64,000 bases of DNA, taken from the NCBI GenBank assembly GCA_963796455.1, contig CAWCLO010000004.1, positions 416,001-480,000 on the forward strand, given 5' to 3'. The notes under the pieces are model-generated. The model had not been told where the DNA came from and did not search any database. It saw nothing but the letters and a program-made list of their open reading frames with translations. A program made the position numbers and the translations under genes. Source of the stretch: Candidatus Sulfomarinibacteraceae bacterium. GTDB taxonomy: Bacteria; Acidobacteriota; Thermoanaerobaculia; Thermoanaerobaculales; Sulfomarinibacteraceae. Below are positions 48,333-58,550 of the stretch, piece by piece. Every line of letters starts with the position of its first letter. Within the stretch, counting starts at the first letter, position 1.

Positions 48333-49259
48333 ATGGCCGCCGCCCATTCTGTTTGGTTTCGCGCAATAACCGCGCCTCGCTCGACAGCTAAGGACAACCT
48401 GACTACCATCGCCCTTGTGGAAATCTATATTGCCTGTTTTGCCGGTCTGTTGAGTTCGCTGCTCCTGGGTGTGGTGTACCTCGCCGACCGCTACGAGCGA
48501 GAGCCGATCGATCTGATTCAGAATTTCTTTTTGTCCGGGTTGCTGGCCCAGCTCGTTTTGATCCTTGGCGCATCCGCTGTCCGTGGAAACCATTCATGGT
48601 CGGGGCCGTGGATTCTGCTGACCATGGTGTGCGCAGCTCTTTATCTGCCCTTTCAACTTCATCGACTGCGCGAGGTGGACGAGCGATTCGACGGGATTGT
48701 CTACTCGGTGGCCGTGGTGGGTGGGGCCACCTGTGTGATTCACCTCAACAATCTGCCGCGGGTGATTGCGGCATCACCATTTCGTGAATCGCTGGCATCC
48801 GGTGCCGAGCCCGATCTTCGAGATCTGCTGATTGTCGCCACCTCTCCCGGTTTCACTGCGGAGCTCGGACAGGGCATGGTCCTTATCATTGCGGCGGTCC
48901 TGATCGGCGGGGTTCTTGGAACCCTCCAGATTCGGGGATCATCGCCGCAACGAACCGCTTTCTTCTGTGCAGTGGTTGCGGTTGGCGTCGTCGGTCTCGA
49001 TCTGGTCGCAGGCGGGATGTGGCCGGTGCGAGGGGCGCTGGCGATCGCGGGAGTCGGAGTCGCATTGGCGGTGAAACGGCGGTCGGTCTTCAAGGACAGA
49101 CCCGAAGCGCCCGAAGGTGATGTCCTCATCATGGGCCTCAAGACCGTCTTGATCGTCTTTGGAGCGGCCCTGTTGGCCATGGTTCTGCTTCAGGTCGTTG
49201 TGGAACAACCGTCTTCCGCCGATCCCGGCAGCCGCCCGTCGCAATCGGCAGCGTCTTGA
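48333..49259 (+). CDS. PrsW-like multi-TM protein lacking catalytic motifs (start uncertain, possibly GTG at 48417)
   Basis: ADRYEREP..FF.SG and E.DERFDGIVYSVAV are PrsW-like segments; no EExxK, FxxxE or His motifs. Confidence 0.6.
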   Translation: MAAAHSVWFRAITAPRSTAKDNLTTIALVEIYIACFAGLLSSLLLGVVYLADRYEREPIDLIQNFFLSGLLAQLVLILGASAVRGNHSWSGPWILLTMVCAALYLPFQLHRLREVDERFDGIVYSVAVVGGATCVIHLNNLPRVIAASPFRESLASGAEPDLRDLLIVATSPGFTAELGQGMVLIIAAVLIGGVLGTLQIRGSSPQRTAFFCAVVAVGVVGLDLVAGGMWPVRGALAIAGVGVALAVKRRSVFKDRPEAPEGDVLIMGLKTVLIVFGAALLAMVLLQVVVEQPSSADPGSRPSQSAAS

Positions 49260-50503
49260 AAACCTTTTTCCATCTCGCCGTCATTTTTTTGGCCTTTGCA
49301 GCTCTCGGTGCATGGGCTGAGGATCGCGAATGGGAAAACCCGGTCTACGACACCGTCGAGGAGGCGGTCGCAGCGGCCCGGAGTAATGTCTCGATTGTCG
49401 ATCGAGACAGCCCGGCCGCGCTTCGTTTCTTTCTCGATTTCACCCTGGGTGAAGGGGAGGGAGTTTTTCGCCATCCGTCGTCGTCGATGACCCGGGAAAC
49501 GGTCGGAGTGTTTCTCGTCTCCCACCCGACTTCTTTCGTCCGGAACAAACCTCAGCGACAGACCGTCGAGAGATTTATCGACGAGGTGCCCCGTCAGCGT
49601 GAGGTGCTCGAGAAACGGCTGATCCGATTCGGTTTTCCCGAGACTCCGGGGTTGGTCTACCTCCGACTGGTCGAGAGCGTGGATGCCTTTTCAGATCTGT
49701 CGGGAGCGTCGAGCGATAAGATGACCCGGGTCGGTGGAGTGACCTATTACTGCCGATACATCGTGCTCCCGCTTTCGTACGTCGGTGAGCAGAGCGTGGA
49801 CGAACTCCGCCGCTCGGCCGCCCTCAACCCCTCGATCGACGTCGAAGACACCATCCGGCGGTGGCAGCGTGAGTCCTTTGCCAATCTGACGAACACATTC
49901 CGCCACGAACTGGTCCACGTGCGAACCAACTCGACCCTTGATGTGCCGGTCTATTCCGATCGTATGGCGTATCCGTCCTGGTTTCACGAGGGGACCGCGA
50001 CCTATCTCGCGGCGGATCCGTCTTCCGGTCTCAGCAAGGGCTACCAGGAGTTTCAGAGGCTTTTCTTCTTTCTGGCACAGCGCCATGGAATCGAGAAACT
50101 TCAGGACTTCTACGCAGGTGTTTTCAGTGGCAATGATGTGAACACCGCCCTCGCCGAGGTCTACTCCATCGCCGGCTCCGACGAACTCTTCAAGCGGAGC
50201 TCCCGCTGGTACCGCTTCAAAGAAATCACCAAGACCTTGCTCTGGATTGCGGCGATCGCGATCGTCATCGGCGCATTCCGTGGTGGCGAGCGACCGTACA
50301 TCGGCGCTCTCCAGCTTTTGATCGGCGCGGCCCTTGGTCTTGCAGTTGCCACCGGGCTTGCGGAACATCTCTATGGACTGCGAGGTCCAGCGATCGTCCT
50401 GACCGTCAAAGTCGCTGTCGGTCTTGTCGCCGTCATTATTGGCAGCGCCGGGATTCGGAGAATCCTGCGGGCGGTTTCGGCGAATCCGCCTCCGGCTTCC
50501 TGA
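49256..50503 (+). CDS. Membrane-anchored HEXXH zinc metallopeptidase (gluzincin/MA-like)
   Basis: Signal peptide, HELVH..P.WFHEGTATY, three C-terminal TM helices; start overlaps the upstream stop (TTGA). Confidence 0.75.
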   Translation: MKTFFHLAVIFLAFAALGAWAEDREWENPVYDTVEEAVAAARSNVSIVDRDSPAALRFFLDFTLGEGEGVFRHPSSSMTRETVGVFLVSHPTSFVRNKPQRQTVERFIDEVPRQREVLEKRLIRFGFPETPGLVYLRLVESVDAFSDLSGASSDKMTRVGGVTYYCRYIVLPLSYVGEQSVDELRRSAALNPSIDVEDTIRRWQRESFANLTNTFRHELVHVRTNSTLDVPVYSDRMAYPSWFHEGTATYLAADPSSGLSKGYQEFQRLFFFLAQRHGIEKLQDFYAGVFSGNDVNTALAEVYSIAGSDELFKRSSRWYRFKEITKTLLWIAAIAIVIGAFRGGERPYIGALQLLIGAALGLAVATGLAEHLYGLRGPAIVLTVKVAVGLVAVIIGSAGIRRILRAVSANPPPAS

Positions 50504-50724
50504 ACCGAAACACTCACCGATCGGTCTTGCTGCGGATCGATGAGCTGAAAACGATCGACGGGTGATCGTCTTCGGGCTCATTCAGCTGCAACGGGTGAAG
50601 CCATCTTCTCAATTTTCCTGTGCGGTCGCGGCGGTGCTCGTTTATGATTGGGCGCGTTGGAACTGGGTGTTGCCGGATCGTGTCCCCGGTGAAATCTCCC
50701 AACCCAGGAAAAGCGAGGTTCAGG

Positions 50725-51540
50725 ATGAAATCGACGATCTGGAATCGGGCCGGTTTCGCACTCGGCGCCATCGTTCTCCTCTGCTCACCCATCGCCTACG
50801 CCAAGGCCTCCGGCAACTCCCTTGAAGTGGTCTCAATCCATGCCGGGGGCGACTCCAAAACGGAGGTGTCGTCGAGGGGCGGGCTGAGCACCATCGTGCT
50901 CTTCAAGGATTCGACGATTCTTTTTGACACCGGCGCAGAAGGCGAAAAACTCCTGCGCAATATGGAGGTGTCCGGGATCGACGCAAAGAACATCGATGCG
51001 ATTGTGATTTCCCACAACCAGTGGGATCGCCTCGACGGTCTCTCCGATGTGCTGGGCGCAGCCGACATGGTTCCGAAGGTCTATGTTCCTGCTCCCGGGA
51101 GGGAGGAGATCCTGCGGGAGAATCCGCAAGCAGATGTGATCGCGGTCGAGAAGGCGGTCGGAATCCTCCCGGATACCTGGTTGCTCGGTCCATTGAAGGT
51201 TGACGCCGATGACACAAACGCGGCAGCGCAGGTGCTGGTGCTCGATTCCAGGGATGGACTGGTCGTCATTGTCGGGTGCTCATACCCAGGCGTCATCTCG
51301 ATAGTCGAACAGGTCAAAGAGATCATCGGACACCGCAAGATCCAACTGCTCGCGGGTGGATTTCATCTCCGTGGCATCAAGAGAAACGAAATCAAAGAGA
51401 TCTCCCTGCGTCTGCAGACGATGGGCGTCAAAAAACTGGCCTTGGGCGGCTGCACCAGCGAGCCCGCGATCAAGGTCTTTCGCCAGGAGTGGGGCGATCA
51501 AGTCGTTTTTCTGAATCTCGGGAATTCGGTCGGTTTTTAG
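50725..51540 (+). CDS. MBL-fold protein with degenerate metal-binding motifs, secreted
   Basis: ILFDTG, VISHNQWDRLDGL, VGCSYPG, GGFHL, GGCT; signal peptide. Confidence 0.8.
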   Translation: MKSTIWNRAGFALGAIVLLCSPIAYAKASGNSLEVVSIHAGGDSKTEVSSRGGLSTIVLFKDSTILFDTGAEGEKLLRNMEVSGIDAKNIDAIVISHNQWDRLDGLSDVLGAADMVPKVYVPAPGREEILRENPQADVIAVEKAVGILPDTWLLGPLKVDADDTNAAAQVLVLDSRDGLVVIVGCSYPGVISIVEQVKEIIGHRKIQLLAGGFHLRGIKRNEIKEISLRLQTMGVKKLALGGCTSEPAIKVFRQEWGDQVVFLNLGNSVGF

Positions 51541-51556
51541 AACTCGCTGCTGACCG

Positions 51557-54544
51557 TCAATTGGTGCCCGACCAGGAATCCAAATTCCCCGACTCGAAGC
51601 TGTCCACGAATGCCACGTCCTCGTTCGTCAACAGGGTTGCCCGAAGCATGTAGTTGCCATCCGGGTTGAGGACGAGACCCACGACGCCGTTGGCGGACGA
51701 GAAGCTGTTGCCGGTGTTCGGGCCCGTATCGAACTCCATGTTGAAGTCCTGGCCGGAGTTTTCCGTGGCGCCGCGGTTGACCAGCCAGAAATCCCCGGTG
51801 AGCAGCACGGGCGTCACCAATGTGAATTCGGAGGTGCCGCTTCCATCGCCGGTCAGGATCGTGCCCTTGCCGAGGACAACACTGTCATCGGGGGCACCTC
51901 CCGAATCGGGGTAGATGAAGATCTGGTTTGACCACGGCCCGCCGCTGTTCGAGTTGTCGATGTTGTTGGCCGCGCAGACTGCGCTGACATAAGTCTCCCC
52001 GGGCTGATAGCCGAAGTCGGCCAACTCGTATTTCACTGCGAAGAGTTTGTTGGAATCCCCCGCCTGGCCGCCGCCGAACCAGGCCGTACCATCCGAGGCG
52101 CCGTTGTCATTGTTGACGTTGCCGCACATCCAGACGCCGGCGCAGAAACCGTCATCGCCCACCATCACGGTCTCCGGTCCGCTGGTCACGGTGCCGGCAC
52201 CGTCATACACGATATCAACCGTGACCTGCTTCGTGCCCGCTGTCGCGAAACTGAAAGCCATGGCCGTGCAGTCATTGAAAAGACTCGGCGTGCACACCTG
52301 GATCTCATGGGCGCCGTCGCAGCCTGTCTCGCCGAAATCCCAGATCGCCATGGCCACCTCTCCGGTCAGCCCGGCCATTACGAAGACCACATTCTCGCCA
52401 TTCTCGGGCAAGGTCGGAGACCAGCTGAAGGTGGGTGCCGCCGACCCATCACCGATGGATAGCGCTTTTTGGTGGTCGTCGGAATCACCCTGGTTGTTGG
52501 CGACGGCGAGGGTGATCTGGTACGCCCCCCACTCGAGGGCCGAGCCGGAGATCGCGCAAATGACCGATTCGGGGCAGCCTTCGTAGAAGGAGGCTGGGAT
52601 GCCGTCTCCCTCCCGGTTTGTCGGGCCGTATACCGTCCACTCGTAGCTGGTGATGGTGCCCTTCGATTTCGATCCGTTCAGAGTGATGACCTGGGTGTTG
52701 AAGGGGATCGATGGTGTGATCGTGAAATCGGCCACCAAGGTTCCGACATCATAATCCGTGATTGATGCGGAGGCTTCGTAAAGACCGTCGTCATCGGGGT
52801 CGTCGCCACCACTCGCGGTGTGTTCGTAGTCCACCTGGAGATAGAATTGCCAGATTCCACTCTGGTCGACCTCGAGCTCGACCGTCGCGCCGTTGCGGCC
52901 GATGGGCACATTCGAGGGCGGGATGATTCCCCAACGGAAGCCGTCGCTCGCGGGGCTTCCTTCAGCGGTTGCACTGAGGGTGACCGTATCACCGATGATC
53001 GCGGCCTCCGGGTCGACGGTAAAGCTTGCCTGCGGTGCCCGGTTGATCGTGATGTCCTTGACGTCGCTCGCTTTGATTGGAACCAGGAAATCGCTTTCGA
53101 TCGCAACGTGGGCTGTGTACCCGTCCCCGCCGTTGAGGTCAGTCGGCACAGTGAACGGCACCAGTGTCGGATTGGCGTTCGACGGCTCGGTTTGACCGGC
53201 GACAAAACCACCATTTTTCTCGATCCACACCGCCCAACGGTCATAGGACCCTGCGGTGTTGTCGCGCACTGTGACCTGCCCCCCGGGGAAGACCTCGGCC
53301 GGGGTCACCATCACCTCGGCCACAGCCGGAGATGGAGTCAGACACTCGCTGAGGTCAAAGACCTGGTGGCGTGCATAGCGGCTGAGATAGAGAGCCGAAC
53401 CGTCCGGCGCCAGGGCTCCATCCATATCGAGCACGCAGGTCTGGACCGAGTTATGGGGTTCGGAAGTGTCGCCCCAGAATGCATTGTCGAAGGCCTGGGG
53501 GCCGTCATCAGGATCGATCAGATAGCTGAGGGAGGAATTCAGATATGAGGTGGCGCCGAGCCACATGACCAGAGGACTGAATTGATTCGCCGATCCCAGG
53601 GACACCACGCTGGCGTTCACGTTCAGTGTCCACGAGGGCTTGGGTACGGGATTCCCGGGATCACCGGAAATGTCCCAGAATCGAACTGCGCCATCGCCGG
53701 GGTTGGCAGAGACCACCAGGGAGTAATCTTCGCTGATGGCCAGATTGTGGTTCATGGCCTTCATGCCGGTTGGTGTTGCCGTGTGTTCGAGGGTGAGGCC
53801 GACACCGGAACCAAGGGTCCTGAAGACCTCCGCGTCGCCAAAAAATCCGGTCCCCAGATAGAGATAGGCCGTCGATCCGACCTCGATGGTCGCGCCGCCG
53901 GTGACACCGATCGCGGAACCATTGACCTCCATGCACTGAAGTTCGACCAGACTGTTGACGCCATTGACGGCAAAGAGCGCGTGGCTATTGCAGGTTTGGC
54001 TGAGACCGCCTGCGATCAGATAGATCTGACCTTCTTTGGAGAATATTTTCGAGCTGATCTCGAGACGGTTGCTGCGGCTATAACCCGAAAAGTCGGGTTC
54101 TGAACCTGTGCCGAGATCGAAGACCACGACACCGGCCACCTTGTGATCGATGACGCCATAGCGGCAATCGTCACAGACGTCGATCGCCATGATGTCGTAG
54201 TCCGAGTCTCCTGCGGTGCCGAAATTGAACCTCGAGGAATCGACCTTGCGCGGGTCGGATGTGTAGGGGGTGGCAACTTCGTAGATCACGAGCTCGTTGC
54301 CGCGACTGAAAATCATGTACTCGCCTCCGCCCCAGGTGAATGTCTCGACCTGGAACGCGCGATCACGAGACGGCGACGAAACGCAGTTGTAACTTGTATC
54401 GAGAAGAGTGTCAGTAAAGGTCTGGCAATAATTCGCGGCTTCGATACCGGCAGCCGATCCAAGTGCTGACAGCGCACCGGCGACAAATATCGTGAGTCTG
54501 CAGAGCGGTCTTTTCAACTTCGAACTCCAATCACATACCCTCAT
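51557..54544 (-). CDS. Large secreted protein with propeller-like N-terminus, PKD/Ig-like domains and C-terminal FVDSFESG tail
   Basis: Signal peptide; P.ASFTV.P, ADFTITP..L.GS.S..SYEW, WDFG PKD-like motifs; ends FVDSFESGNLDSWSGTN. Confidence 0.78.
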   Translation of the reverse strand: MRVCDWSSKLKRPLCRLTIFVAGALSALGSAAGIEAANYCQTFTDTLLDTSYNCVSSPSRDRAFQVETFTWGGGEYMIFSRGNELVIYEVATPYTSDPRKVDSSRFNFGTAGDSDYDIMAIDVCDDCRYGVIDHKVAGVVVFDLGTGSEPDFSGYSRSNRLEISSKIFSKEGQIYLIAGGLSQTCNSHALFAVNGVNSLVELQCMEVNGSAIGVTGGATIEVGSTAYLYLGTGFFGDAEVFRTLGSGVGLTLEHTATPTGMKAMNHNLAISEDYSLVVSANPGDGAVRFWDISGDPGNPVPKPSWTLNVNASVVSLGSANQFSPLVMWLGATSYLNSSLSYLIDPDDGPQAFDNAFWGDTSEPHNSVQTCVLDMDGALAPDGSALYLSRYARHQVFDLSECLTPSPAVAEVMVTPAEVFPGGQVTVRDNTAGSYDRWAVWIEKNGGFVAGQTEPSNANPTLVPFTVPTDLNGGDGYTAHVAIESDFLVPIKASDVKDITINRAPQASFTVDPEAAIIGDTVTLSATAEGSPASDGFRWGIIPPSNVPIGRNGATVELEVDQSGIWQFYLQVDYEHTASGGDDPDDDGLYEASASITDYDVGTLVADFTITPSIPFNTQVITLNGSKSKGTITSYEWTVYGPTNREGDGIPASFYEGCPESVICAISGSALEWGAYQITLAVANNQGDSDDHQKALSIGDGSAAPTFSWSPTLPENGENVVFVMAGLTGEVAMAIWDFGETGCDGAHEIQVCTPSLFNDCTAMAFSFATAGTKQVTVDIVYDGAGTVTSGPETVMVGDDGFCAGVWMCGNVNNDNGASDGTAWFGGGQAGDSNKLFAVKYELADFGYQPGETYVSAVCAANNIDNSNSGGPWSNQIFIYPDSGGAPDDSVVLGKGTILTGDGSGTSEFTLVTPVLLTGDFWLVNRGATENSGQDFNMEFDTGPNTGNSFSSANGVVGLVLNPDGNYMLRATLLTNEDVAFVDSFESGNLDSWSGTN

Positions 54545-54784
54545 TGCTATTCTAGGTCGCTGGAAAAAAAGGGTGGGTGGCCGGGGTCACATTGTGACGG
54601 ACCCCTTTGATGCGGTGATCATACGGCACTCTGACCGATTCTCACAGCCCGGTCGGGCCTCCCGGTATAACTGAGATGGTGTATCATCGAAATCGTCGTC
54701 CCATTTCAATTGACCGCCGCCAGCTTGTACCCGAGACGAATTGTTCACGCAACTGGTGAGTGGGGGAGACCCCGGGAGGGAATC

Positions 54785-55852
54785 GTGCCGCGTCAAAACC
54801 GTTTTTCCGCAGTCCTGCTCGGTGCATTGTTGTTCGTTTTCATCGCTGCAATCGGAGCTCCGGCGTCGATCTCGGCGAAGGAGCTGGCGTCTGAAGCCAT
54901 CGCCGTGGCGGTCGAAAACGGGACCTTTGATCAGCTTCGCCAGGACCTGCTGATGGATCTGCACCAACAGACGAGATTCGAGTTTGACGAGGAGGGGATC
55001 GAAAGGGTCGGGCGAGCGTTGCTCGATGAAGGCAAAAACGACGAGGCGATGGAGGTCCTGCAGTTCAACCAGATGATCAACATCGACTCCGCACCGGCAA
55101 CGGTCGCGCTTGCTGATGCTTATCGCGATTCAGGGAGTACTGCGGCGGCGCGCACCATGTACCAACGGGCGCTGAGGATCGAACCGGGCAACCAGCACGC
55201 CCAGAAAGAACTCTTGAAGATCGAGACCCGGGGTGGTGCATCCAAATCGCCCGGCTTGCGACAGGCAGGGATCGATCCGGATGCCCTCGCGGCGATGGGA
55301 GCGACCCCCGAACAGATACACCAGATGGAAGAGGCCATAGCCCAGGCACAGGAGACTCCGGTGGGCTACGGCGGCAGTCCGAGGAGCACGAGAGGCGCTC
55401 CGGTTGCCGAGACCACGAGACCGGTGAGCCCGAATTCCTCCGAACCGGTGTATGAGTCCGAGTTCTGTGAGGTTCTACACCGGTACAACGCCGAAAAGAG
55501 GATCACCGACGCTCGGATCCGCGCCCGTGTCGCGGGCCAGTACGGGAAGGCCGATGATGGCAAACACCTTCGGACCTGGAACATCGACACGAATTGTGGT
55601 GAATTCCTTTTGGCGGCCCCCATGTGGGCCGATGTGTCTCCACCGGTTCTTTCCCACAAGGGTGGAGATGTTTTCGAGGATTCGAGAGGAGCGATCTGGG
55701 AGTTTCAGTTCGATGCAGACGACGCGGTGACAGGGGTGACTGTAGTCGCCGCGGATGGCAGCGTCAGCGAGTTGAAACACTGGGGAGACCCGCACGAAAA
55801 CCTGAACGGAAAGCACATCAAGGACTGGCAGGGTTCGGGCAGCAAGCAATAA
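54785..55852 (+). CDS. Secreted TPR-containing hypothetical protein
   Basis: GGGAGG RBS before GTG at 54785; signal peptide; TPR-like LADAY..G..A..MY.RAL.IEPGN. Confidence 0.7.
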   Translation: MPRQNRFSAVLLGALLFVFIAAIGAPASISAKELASEAIAVAVENGTFDQLRQDLLMDLHQQTRFEFDEEGIERVGRALLDEGKNDEAMEVLQFNQMINIDSAPATVALADAYRDSGSTAAARTMYQRALRIEPGNQHAQKELLKIETRGGASKSPGLRQAGIDPDALAAMGATPEQIHQMEEAIAQAQETPVGYGGSPRSTRGAPVAETTRPVSPNSSEPVYESEFCEVLHRYNAEKRITDARIRARVAGQYGKADDGKHLRTWNIDTNCGEFLLAAPMWADVSPPVLSHKGGDVFEDSRGAIWEFQFDADDAVTGVTVVAADGSVSELKHWGDPHENLNGKHIKDWQGSGSKQ

Positions 55853-55855
55853 CAG

Positions 55856-56611
55856 TCAATCAGATCGAAGATTCCGGACTGCATCCTCGAGATCGCGGCA
55901 GATCTCGCGCACCGATTCGCGAGTGGCCGGCAAGGCTTCGAAGGATCTCGGCCGCCCGACGATGACACGGACCTTTTTCGGGCGGGGCACGGTTCGACCC
56001 TTGGCCCACGCCGCCGATGCCCCTTCCAAGTGGCAAGGTACGGCCGGGACACCGCTGCCGACCAGCAAGCGCCCGACACCCGACCGGAAGCGATTCATCT
56101 CGCCGGTTGTCGATCGTGTGCCCTCCGGAAAAATGATCAGCACATTGCCCGGACGCTCGAGCAGTGCCGCACATACGGCCAGGCTTTGTTCGCCGTTGAC
56201 CTCGCGGTGGAACGGCAGGGCGTTGATGAATATCGCTGAAAATGCCGTCCGCGCCATGTTCGAAAAAAAGTAGTCCGCCGCGGCCGCGGGAAAAACGCGG
56301 TGAAGCTTTTTGAGCGGAAACGCTGAGACCAGGCAGAGAGCGTCGAGGTGGCTGCTGTGATTTGCGACAAGCACGAACGAGCCCTCGTCGGGCAGATTCT
56401 CACGGCCGACGAATTGCAGGCGGTGGTAGATCCGCAGCCAGGTGCGCAACACCAGACCACTCGCCGAACGCATTCCGGAGACCATGATTTCGGGTTCTCG
56501 AGGGAAGTTGCCAAGCCTCTCGAGGAGATTTTGATCGAGACCGGCGGCCGGTCGATACTCCCACTCGTCGTTGCTGGTTCCCGCCCGGTGGTGGTCGTCA
56601 GGTGATGCCAT
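55856..56611 (-). CDS. Lysophospholipid (PlsC-like) acyltransferase
   Basis: NHSSHLD, IIFPEGTRS, F..GVG. Confidence 0.92.
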   Translation of the reverse strand: MASPDDHHRAGTSNDEWEYRPAAGLDQNLLERLGNFPREPEIMVSGMRSASGLVLRTWLRIYHRLQFVGRENLPDEGSFVLVANHSSHLDALCLVSAFPLKKLHRVFPAAAADYFFSNMARTAFSAIFINALPFHREVNGEQSLAVCAALLERPGNVLIIFPEGTRSTTGEMNRFRSGVGRLLVGSGVPAVPCHLEGASAAWAKGRTVPRPKKVRVIVGRPRSFEALPATRESVREICRDLEDAVRNLRSD

Positions 56612-57545
56612 AGAACCACCGAACCATGTGAAAAAACAGAGGCGCCACGAAAATGAGGCTGTCGATTCGGTCGAGGACTCCGCCGTGGCCGGGAATCACC
56701 GCACCCATGTCCTTGATGCCGATGTCGCGTTTGATGAAACTGATCGTCAGATCGCCGAGTTGGCCGCCGACCCCGACGATCAGGCCTGTCAGCACGAGTT
56801 GCAGGGTGCCGAAATGGGGAAACGAGATGGTCAACAGCCACGGCAAAGCAAGCGATACCGCCAGGGCTCCGAGCGAACCTTCCAGGGTTTTGTTTGGACT
56901 GATCTCGCTCCGCAGCTTATGTCGGCCGAAAAGCTTGCCACAGATGAATGCCGCGATGTCGTTGACCTCGACCGCAAAAACCAGGTACAGAATATAGCCG
57001 TAGGCGTGATTGGAATTGGCCAGGAAACCGAGGTGGGCAAACATCCAACCGAAGTAGATGAAGCCCATCACGGCGAGGGCCGTCGCCTGAAGTTGACCCT
57101 TGGTGCGGTTCCTCAGGACCGGTATCACCAGAATGAGAGCGACGACGTATACGGGCACGGTCATGAACAACCCATACCAGCCGGGGGTTCTGATCCGTGG
57201 GTCCGATGCCAGACTGACCGCCGCGACGCCTGCGATCGCTGCAAAGACGAAACCGGTCATCCACCAATCGCGGTAAAGACCGGTTGCGCGGGCAAACTCA
57301 CGAAATGCGCACAGCGAAAGCAGGCAGACACCGACGATCACCGCTGTACGACCGGCAATCAAGAACCCGAAGGCCAGGGGCGTCATGATGAGCCAGCCCC
57401 GATAGGTGCGCCAGATCGATGAAAGGTCTTTGTGGAAAAAGTAACTCACGACGGAGAGGACCAGGCCGGCCACGACGATGATCGATCCAACCATCACCGC
57501 GTAGAAGCGAACGATCTCGCTGCTCAGGGCAGCTTCCACGTTCAT
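56598..57545 (-). CDS. Phosphatidate cytidylyltransferase family protein (YnbB/CdsA-like)
   Basis: ND..AF..GK.FG..K..ISPNKT.EG, GDL.IS.IKRD.GIKD.G..IPGHGGVLDRIDSL. ATG at 57545 overlaps the upstream stop. Confidence 0.93.
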   Translation of the reverse strand: MNVEAALSSEIVRFYAVMVGSIIVVAGLVLSVVSYFFHKDLSSIWRTYRGWLIMTPLAFGFLIAGRTAVIVGVCLLSLCAFREFARATGLYRDWWMTGFVFAAIAGVAAVSLASDPRIRTPGWYGLFMTVPVYVVALILVIPVLRNRTKGQLQATALAVMGFIYFGWMFAHLGFLANSNHAYGYILYLVFAVEVNDIAAFICGKLFGRHKLRSEISPNKTLEGSLGALAVSLALPWLLTISFPHFGTLQLVLTGLIVGVGGQLGDLTISFIKRDIGIKDMGAVIPGHGGVLDRIDSLIFVAPLFFHMVRWFYGIT

Positions 57546-58231
57546 TCTTCGCCGCCCGAATTGCGGAGATCTTCGGCGATTGCATGCAGCCGCCTCATCG
57601 ATGTCACGACGCTCCCCAGCGAGATCAACAAGAGTGCGCTGGCTGCCGCACCCCATCCCGATCCGGGGTGGATCGGCTGCCAACCCGAGGGAACCACAGC
57701 GCAGTACAGACACAAAACGGTGACGAGAAACATCCGGTGGGGTTTTGCCATGGGTCCCTCAAAGTGTTGTCGAGCGCCGGCGACCGCGCCCATGGCTCTC
57801 ACGTAGGCGACGAATACCGCAAGCAACGCGGTGCCGTATCCCATGGTCGGCGATCCCCCCACCGCATAGCCGAGCCCGATCAGAATCAGGATGTCGGCGA
57901 TCCGATCCGGAACCTCGTTGTAGAGTTCGCCCACCTTCGAGGCTTTGCCTGATGCCACGGCGACCATCCCATCCATCAAATTAGCCAACAGGCGGAGCTG
58001 CACCATTCCGGCTGCCATCAGCCATAGGATTCGAATCATCCATGGTGCATCGACGCGCTGTGTTGCAATCAGCGCAATGCCCGCCCCGGCCGCAAAAAAG
58101 ACGCTCGTCACCGAGATCGTATTGGCGCTGAGCCCACATTTGGTCAACCAGGCCGAGAGCTTCTGCATGACCCCAAGTTCGCGGCTGGCAATGGGACGTC
58201 GTTCAGCCGGCCGGTACTGTTCATCATTCAT
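57542..58231 (-). CDS. CDP-alcohol phosphatidyltransferase family protein (YnbA-like)
   Basis: RRPI..R, N.IS, RLLANLMDGMVA..G..YNEVPDRIAD, GPMAKPHR. Confidence 0.9.
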   Translation of the reverse strand: MNDEQYRPAERRPIASRELGVMQKLSAWLTKCGLSANTISVTSVFFAAGAGIALIATQRVDAPWMIRILWLMAAGMVQLRLLANLMDGMVAVASGKASKVGELYNEVPDRIADILILIGLGYAVGGSPTMGYGTALLAVFVAYVRAMGAVAGARQHFEGPMAKPHRMFLVTVLCLYCAVVPSGWQPIHPGSGWGAAASALLLISLGSVVTSMRRLHAIAEDLRNSGGEE

Positions 58232-58397
58232 ATCGTCTCCCAATGTCATTCATGCCCGCCTGTTGCAGGTCCATACGGAAGGCGGTACCACGGGAGGTCG
58301 CATAGGTTTTCCCTACTCTTCAGACTACATCACTGGAGTCCTCTCGAGTTACTGGAGAGACCCGGTCGAGACTCTGATCTGGCGCCTCGAAATCTCC

Positions 58398-58550
58398 TCA
58401 ATCGTCGTCTGTTGGCGTTGGGCGGATATCGTCAAACCGCATTTCCATGTGGAACCGTCGCTCGGCGACCTTCTCGGGGATTCCGGTTTCGGCCGCGCCG
58501 GCTGCTGTAACGACGACCACAAACAAAAAAAGCAAGACGAATCTGCGCAC
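58398..58550 (-). CDS. Possible small secreted peptide (50 aa)
   Basis: GGAGGT RBS, GTG start, signal peptide MRRFVLLFLFVVVVTAAGA, then a short mature part. Confidence 0.45.
   Translation of the reverse strand: MRRFVLLFLFVVVVTAAGAAETGIPEKVAERRFHMEMRFDDIRPTPTDDD

Noticed and set aside
58320..58400. TGA at 58398-58400 (minus strand) as a second selenocysteine codon
   Set aside because: The frame continues for about 25 codons, but there is no redox-motif context and no convincing SECIS-like hairpin.
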